DNA from: Psammoneis japonica
Lineage: Eukaryota
Direction of reading: 5' to 3'
Length of the DNA: 64,000 nt
NCBI GenBank assembly: GCA_008632985.1
Contig: QPGO01000010.1
Span: 372,001-436,000 of the forward strand
Part shown: positions 38,401 through 51,485 of the stretch, in pieces
Layout of the letters: each line of letters opens with the position of its first letter
Position numbering within the stretch: position 1 is the stretch's first letter
The notes under the pieces: generated by a model
The model's database searches: none
Told to the model about the DNA's origin: nothing
What the model saw: only the letters and a program-made list of their open reading frames with translations
Position numbers and translations under genes: made by a program

Positions 38401-38466
38401 TGGGGACATGGCAGTCCCATTTCCTGAGGACAAGGAAGTCCTGGGGTGTTGCCTTGGTCTGAGCCA
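35438..38466 (+). mobile_element. Truncated degenerate Copia (CoDi-like) element: gag, protease, integrase
   Basis: gag (KDWPKTME…IPLACVV…EMIAHAPH…DGRMAH…WNFE…KVHHLLDSIK), protease EIDSHADRC, integrase (SRRGNTCAQVF, DGAKE, QTEPHAPWSNAAEGNVRELK, LWDDCLELEA). Breaks off after VLGCCLG; no RT follows. Confidence 0.88.
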
Positions 38467-40499
38467 GCTTCTGATGTGATGGACTCCCAGGACTTCTCAC
38501 TCTGGCAACACAAGTCCTTTTGCACCACTTGCTGGCAAACATGCACACGTCATCAGGACCTTTGCCAAATGCACTCCAAATGAGTTCTGTCTGGGTTGGC
38601 CAGGTTGCCTTTGTCCACCCATGTGCAACTTCCCAGCAGGTGAGATTTTCAAACTTGTTTAAAATCCCAACAGAAGGCACTGACACCATTTTTTGATGCC
38701 ATGCTTCAGAGGCATTTTCAAGGTTGATGAGAATCAACTCCCTGCTGGGGTCTGGGGTGGGGCTGCAGAGACACTTTGGACAAAATCTCCCTGAGTCTTC
38801 TTCCATGAGGGGTTTGGGTGTCAAGCTTGAAAGTGCTCCTGAAGTGTCTTTCAATGAAACTGACAGTGTCATCACACAGATCCAACAGAGCTTGACAGCC
38901 AATGATCATCATGCACAGATGGACATGTGCACCATTGAGATCAATCAGAGATGGCAAGTTGGCAAGTGCTGTCAGCTGACTCTGTGCAGCACAAGGGTCA
39001 GACTGTGTGTGGAGGATGGTCAGATGCATTTGGATGGACAAGATGATCTGAGATCTTCTCACTCTTTGTTGCTGGCACACCTGTTGTCCACTGTTGCTGG
39101 TCTGTGGGGAGCTCTTTGGCTTGTTGCTCTTGCCATCAGTGTTCTGACAGGTTGTGGCCTTGTCACATTGTTGTCCTTCTGCATTGCATCTTCCACTGTG
39201 ACTTGTTTGGTTTGTGAGCTGAGCAAGCCTGCTGCCAATTTTTTGATCCTGAAAGTGCTTTTTTCATCAGCGCACAGGCTCTGCAGACTGGTGCCAGGCT
39301 TTTGCATGTGCATGATCAAAACTTTTGTGCACCTCATCCACCATGATGAATGCACCCTCCAAGAACCCCCCATTTGTGACACCACCAACATGATTTCTTC
39401 TGTTGTCTTCATGCAACACACTCAACACCATGAGGTCACCAAGCACTTCAACATGCAGTCTTTGCAACAGCACCACTGTGTTGATCTGGATCAGTTTTTG
39501 AGGATTCCAGGCATGTGAGAGCCAAGGACAACATTTTTGATCTCCCTCAGGATCACATCCTTTGAGAGCTCTTTCTCCCAGAAACTCTTGATCCTGCGGA
39601 TGCACCGCCAGTTGCACTGCTCTTCAAGAAAGCACCCCTCAACATTGCTGGCCCCGCCCACATCTTCTGATCAAGTGTTGTGTTTGTCTCAACAGATGAC
39701 AGACCACAAGATCAAGGAAGCTCTTGAGGCTCATCACCCAAAGGTGATCATCACCATTGGTGTCTCCCATCTCTGCTTTGACCCTGCCATGCAACATGCA
39801 TGCACTCCAGCCCATGCTCCCAAGACTCCACCAGCATCATCCACTGCCTCAGGCTCTGTTGACATCTCCAACTTGACAGATTCACTGAACCACTGCTGTG
39901 CTGTGTCACACACACCTGCATCTGGAACTCCCAGTGGATCTGTGACTCATGCCATGACTTTGTCATCCAAATTTGTGTTTGGTCCAGATGCTCCACCTGC
40001 CAATGTCATCTGGATGGCACTGATCACCTTGTCTTGCATGACAACCCCCCCTGTTTGTCATGACATTGACTCCAGATCACAAGGCTCTGCTTCGGGAACC
40101 AAGCCCATGTGTTGATGACTCTCCTTGTGGCATTTGCCAGTGGTGCCTCAATTTCCAATGCCACGGTGCTGATTGTAGATGCTGCGTGCACCCACTGTGT
40201 GCTGCTTCAAATGAAACCATGGCAAAGACAAAGGTTTTGCCATTGGCCATGGACCTGACAATGATGTCTCACAATGCATGCATGTCCACTGCCTTGCAGA
40301 AGCTTCTTCTTTTGCACTCCGATGTGCTCTAAAAAAAAACCTGGTTTTTAAGTGTTGTCACACCTTTGCACAGCAACACCAGTGCCGGCTAACCCACACT
40401 TCCAGTGCACTCACCAGGAGTGCTTGTGCAATTAGCTGGACATGGCACCCTCTGAAGAGGGCACCCAACACAAGCAACTGAGAACAGTGCATGTGCTGT

Positions 40500-41490
40500 A
40501 AAGCACTGGGCACTTTGCCTGTTTCAAGCTGTCTTTGAGATGGGATCAATGAACTGACATCCAGCCAGTTTTGAATGTGTGAAGCAGAAAACATCCTGTG
40601 TTCTTCCATGAAGTCCATTGACATGTTGCAATCCTTTGCCAGGTGCTCTTGACATTTGTTGTGTGTTGCCACAAGCTCAGCCTCTGCCAATCAATGTTGA
40701 GAAGACTTCCTGCTGTCTGTGTGCATTGTGACCATGAACTGACTGATTGTGTTCTTCCCATGGTTCCCACCAGCTTCACCAGACAAAAGACCCCATGATC
40801 TGTGCTGTCCAGTCAGGTGGTTGTTTGTTTGCCTTGTGATGCTGTTGCAACAATCCAGAGTCATTTGGATGTCCTGATTGGAGTGCATTTTCCACAAGCA
40901 AGAGAACCTGCCACTGAAAATTTGGTGCCACCCAATGTTGTTCTGTGCACTCCACAATGCTTGGCATCTGTGGTCCACATTCTCTGTGCAAACCATCTTG
41001 TCATCCAACCATGCCCACAGAGAAGAAATAAAAAAAAATCTCAGTGGTGGCATCGTGTTGAGGTGATCGCAGCATTTCCAAAGACCCTGCAGAAACTTCC
41101 TGCACCATGCTTTGCTGTGTGGGCATTGCAGCATGTGATCTCAATCTTCCATTGGGTGTTCACATGACAAGCAATGGTGAGGATGAACAAGATTGCAATG
41201 GTGGGTGATCTTGTTCATTGGGAGAAGGTTGTGAAGCAGCATTTCACTGCACTGACGTGTTGCTTGGAATGATGTTTGATGGGTGCCACATGTGTGTGCC
41301 AATCAATCAAATCAAAAACTTCTGGAGTCATTGATTTAGTTCCATAAACATGCCACTTCAATTGAGGTGCAGCAGCAGCATGCCGGAGGTGTTTCTTGTA
41401 ACTGGAAGTGACCCCACTGTCCAAGAGAGGCATGCATGAGTGAGAGTGTGGAAAGGGTGGCACCCGAGAAGTGTTGCATTGGCGGTGTCA
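40500..41490 (-). mobile_element. Fragment of a non-LTR retrotransposon (3' part of the ORF, Ambal-like)
   Basis: VTSSYKKHLR…FDLIDW, then H.LQC, QNNIGWHQIFSGRFS..W and IQNWL, motifs I recognise from the C-terminus of diatom non-LTR ORFs. Confidence 0.6.
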
Positions 41491-41499
41491 TTGGAAATT

Positions 41500-44400
41500 T
41501 CCTGCCAAGCAATTGGCTTGGATGTGCTTCCAAAGAACAGCAAGCTCCACTGCATTGTTGCATTGTGCTGTGGCAATGGATGCAATGCATTGAAGCAAAT
41601 CCCATTTCAGGTGCATCCAGCTTTTTGCAAGGAAGCAGTGGGGTTGGCAGACTCATGCCCCAAGCAAGGAAACCCATTGATCAACAATTGCTTCGCACTC
41701 TTCAAGGATTTCCTGCGGTTGCTTGCTTTCTTTTTTAAAGCTGATTCATCATTGGATGACAGTCATGAGATGACTGTCTTTGTTAAGAATGCCCACAAAG
41801 CACTCAAAGTTCCTAACAAGAGTTGCAAAGATTGAGTGTTGTTCATTGGTTCACTTGCACAAGTGCATCAAGAAGCAGATTGTTGAAATGCTCAGCTTGT
41901 TCCTGAGTCAAGCTGACAGTCTGGTCATCATGGATGCCTCATCCAACTGAGTTTGGGGCCTGTGCCATCAATGTGAACATTGCAATGACTCTTTGTCTTG
42001 CACTTCATTTGGTGTCAATGGTGTGGATGTCACCAACCCACCGACCATTGCCAATCTTCCCCCGGATGACACTCCTCATGATGTGTTTGCACCTGAAGAT
42101 GCTTTGGTTCCATGGGATGACACCTTTGACACACTTTGTGATGAGTTGCATGCCCTTGACATTCCTTTTGACAGACAACAATTGTCTTTTGCATCACACT
42201 CACTTGGTGTTTTGCATCACACTCAATTGGTGCTGGTGTTCAAACTCAAGGCTGATCCAGACAAAGCTGCCAAGCATCCATGTCTCGTGTGCAGTCCCAT
42301 GGGATGACACCTTTGACACACTTTGTGATGAGTTGCATGCCCTTGACATTCCTTTTGACAGACAACAATTGTCTTTTGCACCACACTCACTTGGTGTTTG
42401 CATCACACTCAATTGGTGTTGGTGTTCAAACTCAAGGCTGATCCAGATAAAGCTGCCAAGCATCCGTGTCTTGTGTGCACTGGCAAACATCTTTTTAAAG
42501 ATTGTCCCATCCTCAAGAACCATCCTTGCATCAAGGGTTTTCACATTTGCTTCTGCCAGTTCTTGAAGCAAGAAGCTGCTCAATGTGCAGCTGCCTTTGC
42601 TGGCACTTGGGGTGACTCACCTGCTGGACAGAATGGACAAGTTCTCCTGCCTGCTGATTCTCCACCATTGGATTTTCAGTTGGATGATCATGGCAAAGTT
42701 CTGGATCTACAATGCAGCCCGTTCTCTCCTTCCTGAGACAAACCCAATGATTTGCAGGGCAACTGTGAAAGAAGGACTCACTGCTCTGTTGCCTTCTGCT
42801 TCTGCACCTCTTTCTCCAGATGCCAGTGTGGACACTGCCCACCTCACCAGCCCCCTCAACAACACCTGAAGTCATGAATCTCCTCAACAATGATCCTTTG
42901 GCTGATGAACTAGATCAGGAGAGGGCAGAGGAGGCTGTTGAGCAACTGTTGGAACCTTTTGACCTTGAATGCTCTGACACACATGAGACAAAACTGAATT
43001 TGCCATCATCAACTCTGTCCAGATCTCAGTTGACACACCTTCTTGGGTGTCTCCATCCATCATGTTTGATGCAAAACACAAAGCTTTTGAAGCAAATGCA
43101 GTGCAGTTTGAGGCTGAAGAATGTTGCACCCAGTTCAATGCTGGTGCCCATGTCTCCTGTGTGAGTGCTGATGTGGATCTGCTCCATCAACAACAAGCAT
43201 TTGCTCCATCCAACCCATGGTCCCTCAAGGTGAACCCAGCTCTTGGTCAAGCAGCCACCCCCCGTGGCCATGGATGCTTGTCAATGAGCATGCATTCCAC
43301 ACATGCAATGGCGGTTGCAAGAAAGATTTTTCAGTTGATTGTCTTCTCAAGTTTCATGATCGTGGTGCCTGCAAGCACATGCTGTGAAATGCAGACTCTG
43401 CTCCAGTCAAGATGTGATCATCCATGGACAGCTCGTCAATGTTCATCCTCAAATCCTCCCAGAAATGCATGACATGCTTGACAAGTCCATCACAACACTC
43501 AAGAAGGATGACCCCATGTTTGCTGAAGAATGTGATGCCATCATTGTGCATGTGATTGACACTCCTTTTTGACTCTTGCCTTGAAGAAGAGGTTCCTGTG
43601 CAGCCCCCCAAGGCTGACACTGAATGCCTGCTTTGGCATCAACATCTTGCCCATCTGAGTTGCCACTGCTTCCACAATGCTTGCCAACATTTTGATGGCA
43701 TTCCCAGGTTTGACCATGGTGCCTCTCCTTTGCATGCTTGTTTCACTTGCATTTGTGCAAAGCAGACCAAAAACCTGGTGGGTTCCAACTCTGCTTGGAC
43801 TGCCACCCAGCCTCATCAGGGATCAACTGTGGATTTTGCATTCTCTGGTTTAAAGTCCAAGAATGAGGACCATGTGGGACTCAATGGCAAACCACATTGG
43901 ATCACAATCTGTGGTCATTGCACTTGATGTCTCCATTGATTTGTGAACAAACACTGGTCAAAATGTCCCAACAAACATGTCTTTGTGGATCAAGGTGGTG
44001 AGTTGCGTGCATCGTTGAACATGACTTCCAATGCAAGATGTGGCCTTCTGGCACTGATGCCTCCAATCAGAGTGACCCTGTTGAATGTGGTCTCTTGAGT
44101 GAAGAATGCCATCCATTCTGTTTTGATTGGCGCCAATTTGCCAGTGAAATTTGGCCATGTGCTTTCCACCACTGTCTCCATGTCAAGAATGCCTCACCTT
44201 CCAAGGACCAAGATGTTGCTCTCATTGCCCTTTCTGCTGGAAAAAGGAGAATTTTTCAACTCTTTGCACCTTTAGATTCCGTGTCTGGGCTCACAAGAAC
44301 AAGAGTCATCTGGCTGCCAAGCACTCCAACTCAATCAAGGGCATTTTCCTTGGTTGCATGCCTGACACTGCCAAGAATTTTATCTGGTGTGATGCTGCCA

Positions 44401-46830
44401 TGTCCCCTGTCAAGATGGACAAGCACATTTGGTTTGATGAAGGCATGAATGATCTCCCACATGATGATGTCCCACCAAATGCTGTGCACTTGCAATGCAC
44501 TCAGAATGGCAAACCATTTCCAGCTGAAGCAATGGAGTCCACTGTGGATGGATTTTATTTTTCAGGCAATCCACTCTCCAAGCCACTTGCTCATGCTGTG
44601 AAATGCTCCCCTTTGGATGAAATTCAGGCATGGACATCACCACAGATGAACCATTCAACCATGTGCATGTCTCTGGCATCAAGTGGTTCCGCCTTGTGCC
44701 TCTTCTTCCCCTCGAGGCTGCCAAAAAAAGATTGTGGGCACCTGTGTCACATTGATTGATGGTGTTGATGTTTTCACTTGTGACCAAGTCATTGCTGAGC
44801 TTTGTTGCCTGTGCAATGCTGATGATCCAGAATTTGTTGTTGGCTTTGCTCTGGAATGTCATCTTGATTCCAAGCAGCTCCAACATGCTTTGGTGGAACA
44901 TGACATGTGTGCTCCAAGCCCAGGAGAAGAAGAGGAACATGTTCCTGAGCTCACCTGGGCTGATGTGCAATCCATGGCGGTGCTGTGGTTCCCTGATGTT
45001 GATTTTTCCATGTTGGACAATGTGGTGATCTGGATTCACTCCCCATGATTGATCATGAGCCTGGTGCACTCAATGTTTTTGTTCTCGCTTCTCATGCCAT
45101 CACCCCAGAGAAACAAGAGCTGGATGGCTTTGCTTCAAAATGCCTCCAGAAGCTCCCAACTTGGCCCCTTTGGCACAAAGGTGAGTTCAAGCAACTTGAT
45201 CATTTTCATGTGCTTGGCATGTTTGGTGCTCCAACACCCCATCCTGAGGATGCCATTGTCTTGCATCCCCACTGGCAATGTGACATCAAGATGGATGGCA
45301 CACACTGATCTCAGCGCTGTTGCAATGGATTGCCTTGAACAGCACCAGCTTTACATTGCCCACAGTCCACCTGTTTGTCTTGTGTGGAACAGCCTGCTCA
45401 ACATCTCTTTTTTGCCATCTCATCTTCCATGAGCCACTGTGTCTGCTTCAGCAATGCTCAAGATGCGCGCGGCCACTCACCACATCCCACAACCCCTGTT
45501 TGCATCCAAGTTGACAAAACCCATGCCACATGGTGCAAGGACGACCACTTTGGCACAGACCTGGACCACTCCATGGTGCTGGCAATCCTTCATGCTCTGC
45601 AGGGACACCCTGAGTCTGGTGTTCCATGGGAGAATTACATCAGCGCAACATCAACAGATGCAAAGCTTCTCTCCCAGAATGCCGCTCATGACAAGAGCAG
45701 TTGTGCTGGGACTGTTGACAGCAAGCAAGCTCTGCTCTTCTGGCAGGTTGATGATTTCTTGATTGCATGCCTGGAGAAATCCTTTGCCATCAAGATTCTT
45801 GATTCAATTGGTGAGTCGCTGCATCTCCCTGGTGAGGATGCCATTCCTTCCAAGTGCTTGGGGCTCTGTGATGAACTCAATGGTGTGGATGTCCATCAAC
45901 ATGATGACTCTGCTTCCATTGCTTGCCATGGATGGCTTGATCACACATTGAAATCACATGGTTGGCTGAAACCTGCTGTGGATGAATCAGACTCCAACTT
46001 CCAAGCCGCTCCTCTCCCTGTTGAGTCTGTCTGCCAGTTGTGCTCTGATGTTGGTCTGGTGGAAGGCACCCCCAAAAATGTGCTGAACTGGCAGAGGCTC
46101 AAGGTTCTGGACATCAAAACTTGCTGGGTGAATTGTTGCATGTGTGTGTCAAACTTGATGTTGGGCATGCAATCACCACATTGTCCAAGTTTGCATCACA
46201 CCTGTCTCTGATTCATTGCACAGCATTGAAGGGTGTTGCCAAGCATCTGCACCGCACAAAGCATTGGAACATCAACTGCAAGAAACCTGCCAAGGATCAT
46301 GCATTGCCACCACATCCACATGAGCAACTTAAGCTGGATGACTCCCCACCCTGATTCACTCAACTCCATGCTTTCTTGGATGCTGCATGTGGAAATGATC
46401 TCCACAATTGATGCTCCGCCACTGGGCATGCTTGTGTGTTGGCTGGCACCACTGTCTTATGTTGTTGCAAAACACAGATTGTGACCACCATGAGCTCCAA
46501 TGAGGCTGAGTTCTGTGATGGCACTGCTGCCAAACAGATCCTGTGCCTCCACTCTGCACTTCAGGGACTTGGATTTTTTCAAGAGGGTCCTGCTCCTTTG
46601 TGTGTTGATGATGAGTTGGCCATCAAGATCATCAACAATCAAGTTCCAACTGAGCACTCCTGCCACATTGACATTCAGTGTGGTTTGCCCTCCAAGATTG
46701 GAAGGATGCTGGTCAAATTGTTGCTCAACACATTCCTGGCATTGTTGACCCAAACAATGACCTTGCCAAGGCTCTCAGGTCAACACTGCATGCCCGCCAT
46801 GCACATCAGATGATGGGGGCCACTTCCATT
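41500..46830 (+). mobile_element. Degenerate Copia (CoDi-like) internal region: gag-PR-INT-RT-RNase H; LTRs not identified
   Basis: GNGCNALKQI…HPAF (gag), CLVC..KHLFKDC, QFNAGAHVSC (protease), LLWHQHLAH and VDFAFSG (integrase), VLHPHWQC.IK, SCVEQP, ALQGHPESG, QVDDF (RT), SSNEAEF and HIDIQ (RNase H). Confidence 0.9.
42110..42479. repeat. Near-identical 187-bp tandem duplication within Copia gag
   Basis: CCATGGGATGACACCTTTGACAC… starts at 42110 and 42297. Confidence 0.93.
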
Positions 46831-49059
46831 GAGCTGCCACTCTGTTGTCCTTTGGCATCTGCAGAATTTCCCTGTGCTGTTTTGTGATGTCTGACTCCAT
46901 TTCGAGTCCTCTGGTTTGATTTGCATTCATTGTGAAAATTGTGAGACCAGTTTGCAGCTGGGAAAATGGAATCATGTGGACAGGGATGGCAGCATGAATT
47001 CTCTCATTTGTCCAAATTTTGGATCACATCAAAATTGCTCCATGTTTCTCCAATCTTGGATGATGTGCACTCACAAACACTTGCTCATGGTGTGTCATTG
47101 CACTGCATCACAACCATGTTGGGGGCCAGTCAATGTGTGTGTGCTTTGCAGGGACACCGCAGCATTGACTGAACACTGCCCCCCTGTCCTCAAATGCTGT
47201 TGGCATCAGACTCTCAAGATGACCAAAATCCCACCAACACAATGGTTGCAGTGCCCCAGAATCCATTTGAGTGTTGTGCGCACTGATGATGAACTTGTGC
47301 ATGACAACCACCCCTTGCTCATGTGACTGCATTAACTGCACAACATGCCCACTTTTCTCTTGTGGTGCTGCTCTTTGTGAACCTTTGTTTTTGGGCTTTG
47401 AGTTGCAGCCAAACTGAGAACATGTCTTTTTCAATCCACCCTTGGTTTTGCATTGTGGTTGACTGCATCTCTGCTGACAATGCTGGCACATTCCAGCTGT
47501 GTGAACAAAAAATTGGACATTTCAGCAGATTTCAAGCAGTTGCCAACCTGGGGACAAATTTGTGAAACAAACAATGAATCTCTGCTGTTTGCGGATGTTT
47601 TTGGGTGCTCCAACAAGACCTGCCAAAGTGCACCCAAATAAGTGGTTGCTCTCAATTTCTCATTTTCTTTTTCATTGTGCCACAGGTTTGTGCCACAACA
47701 TGAAGGGTGGTTGATCATGAGATCAAAGTCTTGTTTGCACTTGTGAGTTGACAAATTTGTGACAACTTTCAACCATTCAAACGACAACTTCAGAACTCAA
47801 AGACAGCACACTTGTTGGCCAAAACAAGCAGAGCAATTTCAAAATGGTGATGAAAATGTCCTTGCCAGAAAACATGGTGTGGAAGTGACTCAATTCACTG
47901 AGCCACATGCATGGAGCTCTGCATTTGACAGCACGTGCTTTCTGTGCAAGTCACCATGGGAGTGTGTGGTTGTTTTCTGACATTTTTTTTGACTTTGCAA
48001 TTGTGGAAGCAGAGTCAATTGATGGTGAGTTGTGTTGCATTTCATGCCAAAATGGACCTTCTGCATTTGTGAGATTTTGCAGGTCTTTGTGCATCACACA
48101 GAAGTTGGATGTGGCAGCTTCAAAGGTGGCACTTGCGTGTTCTTGACCTCTTTTGGAGCAGGGGGTCAAAAATGATCAGAGAAGAGGGTGCAAAACTTTG
48201 CACTTGGAAAGTCACTGAAGCTGTCGTGAGTTTGTGGTTGTTGAGCTGAACAAGAGAGAAACGGTCCCTGCAGGCTGAAAGCACTGTTTTTGTCATCACA
48301 AGGCAGAAAACAGAGCCACTTTTGTGTGCAGTCATTTTTGTTGTTGTGATCACCACCGTGCTTGTTGTGTTGAGAGTTGATGACAAGTCGCCTCAACTCT
48401 GCACAGCAAGGTGTTTAGTTTTTTTGATGCTTGTGTTCACAAGACAAGTGTGCTTGAGTGCAGCTGAGCTGCAAACTTGTCCCAGACTTGGGTGCAGCAC
48501 ACACGCACAAAAAATGATGCCCATTTTTGCACAAAACACATGCCCAAACTTGTGGCACAATTTTCAATGGCAAAAATGCAGAAACCTTCAAATGTGAAGT
48601 CATGGGCACACCTGTGCAGAAAGGTCCAGTGCATGTGCCTGCATCAACATTTCCAAGGATTGATTTGGTGTTTCATCTCCAAATGATGCAGCAAGATGAG
48701 AGCTCAATTTTCCCTCGAGCATTTTGTGTTTGCACTGTGATGTGCTGATGCACAAAACATTCTTCAACAGCACTCTTTTACACAAATTCAACCATGAAGC
48801 CAAAACATTGAATGTTTTTTGTTTGTGTGCATTTTGACAGCAATCACACAATGGCTCAAACAACACACACATTGAGCAACAAATTGTGCAACAGGCAAGT
48901 CTGGAAAGATGTTGCTGCAATGGCTTTGACTTCTCCTGCTGCTTCCTTGATGTCAATGATTAAAAATCTTGCACTGGTTGACAACTGGGAAATGGTTTGC
49001 AGGACAAAGGAAAGAGATGGTGCTCAGGCAGTGGCAAGTTGGGAGCAAAGCAAGGCTGG

Positions 49060-49505
49060 TCGTTCCTCTGAAAGCTGCAGCCATCATGCTGCAGTGGGAT
49101 GTCTGGAAGAGAAAACTGCTCAAAAAGATGTGACAGCAGGCTTTGCCAAGAATCAAGTTGGAACACTTGCAGATCAGCTGAACTGTGGTGCACAAGCTTT
49201 TGACCTTCATCCTGCTGCAATCAATGGAGGGATGTTTTTTGACACAGAGACAGAGAGGTCTCATTGAGACATCATTCCAAGATGCAATTCAGGAAACATT
49301 GAACTGGGCAAACTTGGATTTGACAGAGAGAGAACTCATGCTGCTCAAAATCTTTCCATGTTGCAAAGGAAGCAGCTGCAATGGTGCAGTGCAAAAATGT
49401 GCCACAGACTGTGACAGTCATTTTTCATCACAGACAGTTTGCACATTGACTGTGTCAAATGCTGTGGTGCTGCTCACGATGCCCTTCAGCTTCCCACAAG
49501 GTTGA
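49060..49505 (+). pseudogene. PI-PLC X-box-like (PLC-like phosphodiesterase) pseudogene fragment
   Basis: SHHAAVGCL…FAKNQVGTLADQLNCGAQAFDLHP resembles SHDAA.GYL…QL..GARAFDLRP; frameshifted continuation FQDAIQETLNW…ELMLL. Confidence 0.6.
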
Positions 49506-51313
49506 AAAGAGGCAGCCATCATGGCTGCTGAAAGCTGTGGCTGTTTTTGTTTTTCTTTGTTGTTCTTGTTTGTTTTGGCTTCAGACATGAATGTGGTGAC
49601 ATTTGTGATGCAAGCAATTGTCACAATGAACACATCATGAAACACATGTTTCTACATGAAAACAGGCATGTGCATGCCACCCAAGTCTGAGGCAAGTCCA
49701 CATGAGTTGACAAACAGCACTTGTTTGCCCATTGTGCATCTTTTCCACCTCATTTCTCCAGCATCTCTCTCTTTCTTAGTGCCACACCAGGCCAGCCCAA
49801 CAAACTGCGTTAGCCAGGTTGGTGCCAGCACTGCACTTTGGATGACCAGCCAGTGCCAAGGCACGCACTTTGCCACAAACTGTTCTTCTCAAGAGTTTTT
49901 TCCTTTCTTCTGCCAGTGCTGGCATTTTCAACTCTTTTCACACACACACAAAGTGAGCAGTTTTTCTTGCAGCAGGAGGTTGAGCCACAACGACATTGTT
50001 GCACACATGCAAAAAGAGGGGTTTTCCTTGCAGCAAGACCAGCTGCAAAACAGCAGGCATCTGGGGCACAATGCTTTGTGCCCCATGATGCCCATCTGAA
50101 GTTGCAGCTGTTGCCACTGTCACACTCTGTCTCAAGTGGAAGTCAGGAGGGATCAGCACACCCGGAGTGCACCACATGAAAGATGGGTGGCGAGAGGGGA
50201 CAGGAGGCACGCAGTGGGTGGAAGCAAAAAAAGGTGGGCCAAGGCATGGACATGTGGGCAAGAGTGGACAGAGGGAAGAGTGAGTCAAGCATGAGGGTGC
50301 AATGGAGAAGGGACATGCGCATGTGTGGAAAGACAAGTTGTGCCAACCAACACCCACATGAGAACAAAATGTTGTGCAACACAAGAAAACCCCACTCATC
50401 TCTTGTGAACTGCAGTGTGTGAGCAAAGTGCCCACTGAGACCATTTTCCACATGATGTTTTCTTCCCTCACATCAGTTCTCTTGCTCTCTTGTCTTTTGT
50501 CTCTCAGTTTGACAAGCAGTGGATGTCAGTGTCAGAGAAGCAGGGGGAGCAATTTTTGGAGCTCCAGTGGAAACTGGCTGACATGTGTGTGAGCCAAACA
50601 TGAAGTTGATGGTGCAGCCACGGTGCAGCCATGGTGCAGCTGTTGTCAGGTGGAAGTCAAATGATGGGAGTTCATGGAGAGTTGTTCCTTCTTGCTTCAG
50701 AATTTCTTCGTGCAAAATGTCTCCCGCTGTTGAGTCAAAGTCTGGACCAAAATGTTCAAAATCTGTCAGCCAAGCATGCCGTTGCATTGGTTGGACCAAT
50801 GAAGAGAGATTTGGACAAAAAAAGGTGGAGTTTGCAAACCAGCATCTGGCACAGAAACCAAGCAATGCAAAGGATCCGCGGCAGAGAGATTTCCCCACAA
50901 ACAGCCCGGAGCTGAGGGACTCAACAGCCTGCCAGCACCCTCTTGAGCAGCAAGAAGAAGTGTGCTCTCCAACAGACCCCTCCCAAATGAATTGTTTTTG
51001 TGCCAATTTGGCAGTGCCAAAAGGAAGTTGGGTCGCACTTCTTTCACATGGCCAAAACAGCCACTTCATCTGGTGGATGGCAGCTGGAGGCATTTGAGCT
51101 CTTGCAGCATGTCACACCACAACCTTTCTTGCAGCTTGGTCCTGTTGTGCACTGCAGCAACAGATTTTGTCCCAAAATCAACTTGAGTGAGCATGTTCTT
51201 TTGCATTTCTTCACTCTCGTTGAACAGACAACATGCTTGCCCAAGCGCCGCTTCTTCGTGTTGCTGCATGACTCGCAAACCCACTCCAGCAAGTTGGAGT
51301 GTTGCTCTGTTGA

Positions 51314-51485
51314 AACATGCTCAACTTTGAGGAGGGTGGTGTGGGCACCCCTCTTGTTTGCACCCATTTAGACAAAGAGCAGAGCCGCAATGACAAGACA
51401 TGCTCAACTTTGAGGAGGACAGCGCGCTGGGTGCCTGCCCCTCTTTGCACCCACTCAGACAAGGAGCAGAGCCGCAACAACAAGA
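51314..51485. repeat. Two-copy ~85-bp tandem repeat
   Basis: ACATGCTCAACTTTGAGGAGG…TTTGCACCCA…GAGCAGAGCCGCAA occurs at about 51315 and 51398. Confidence 0.8.
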
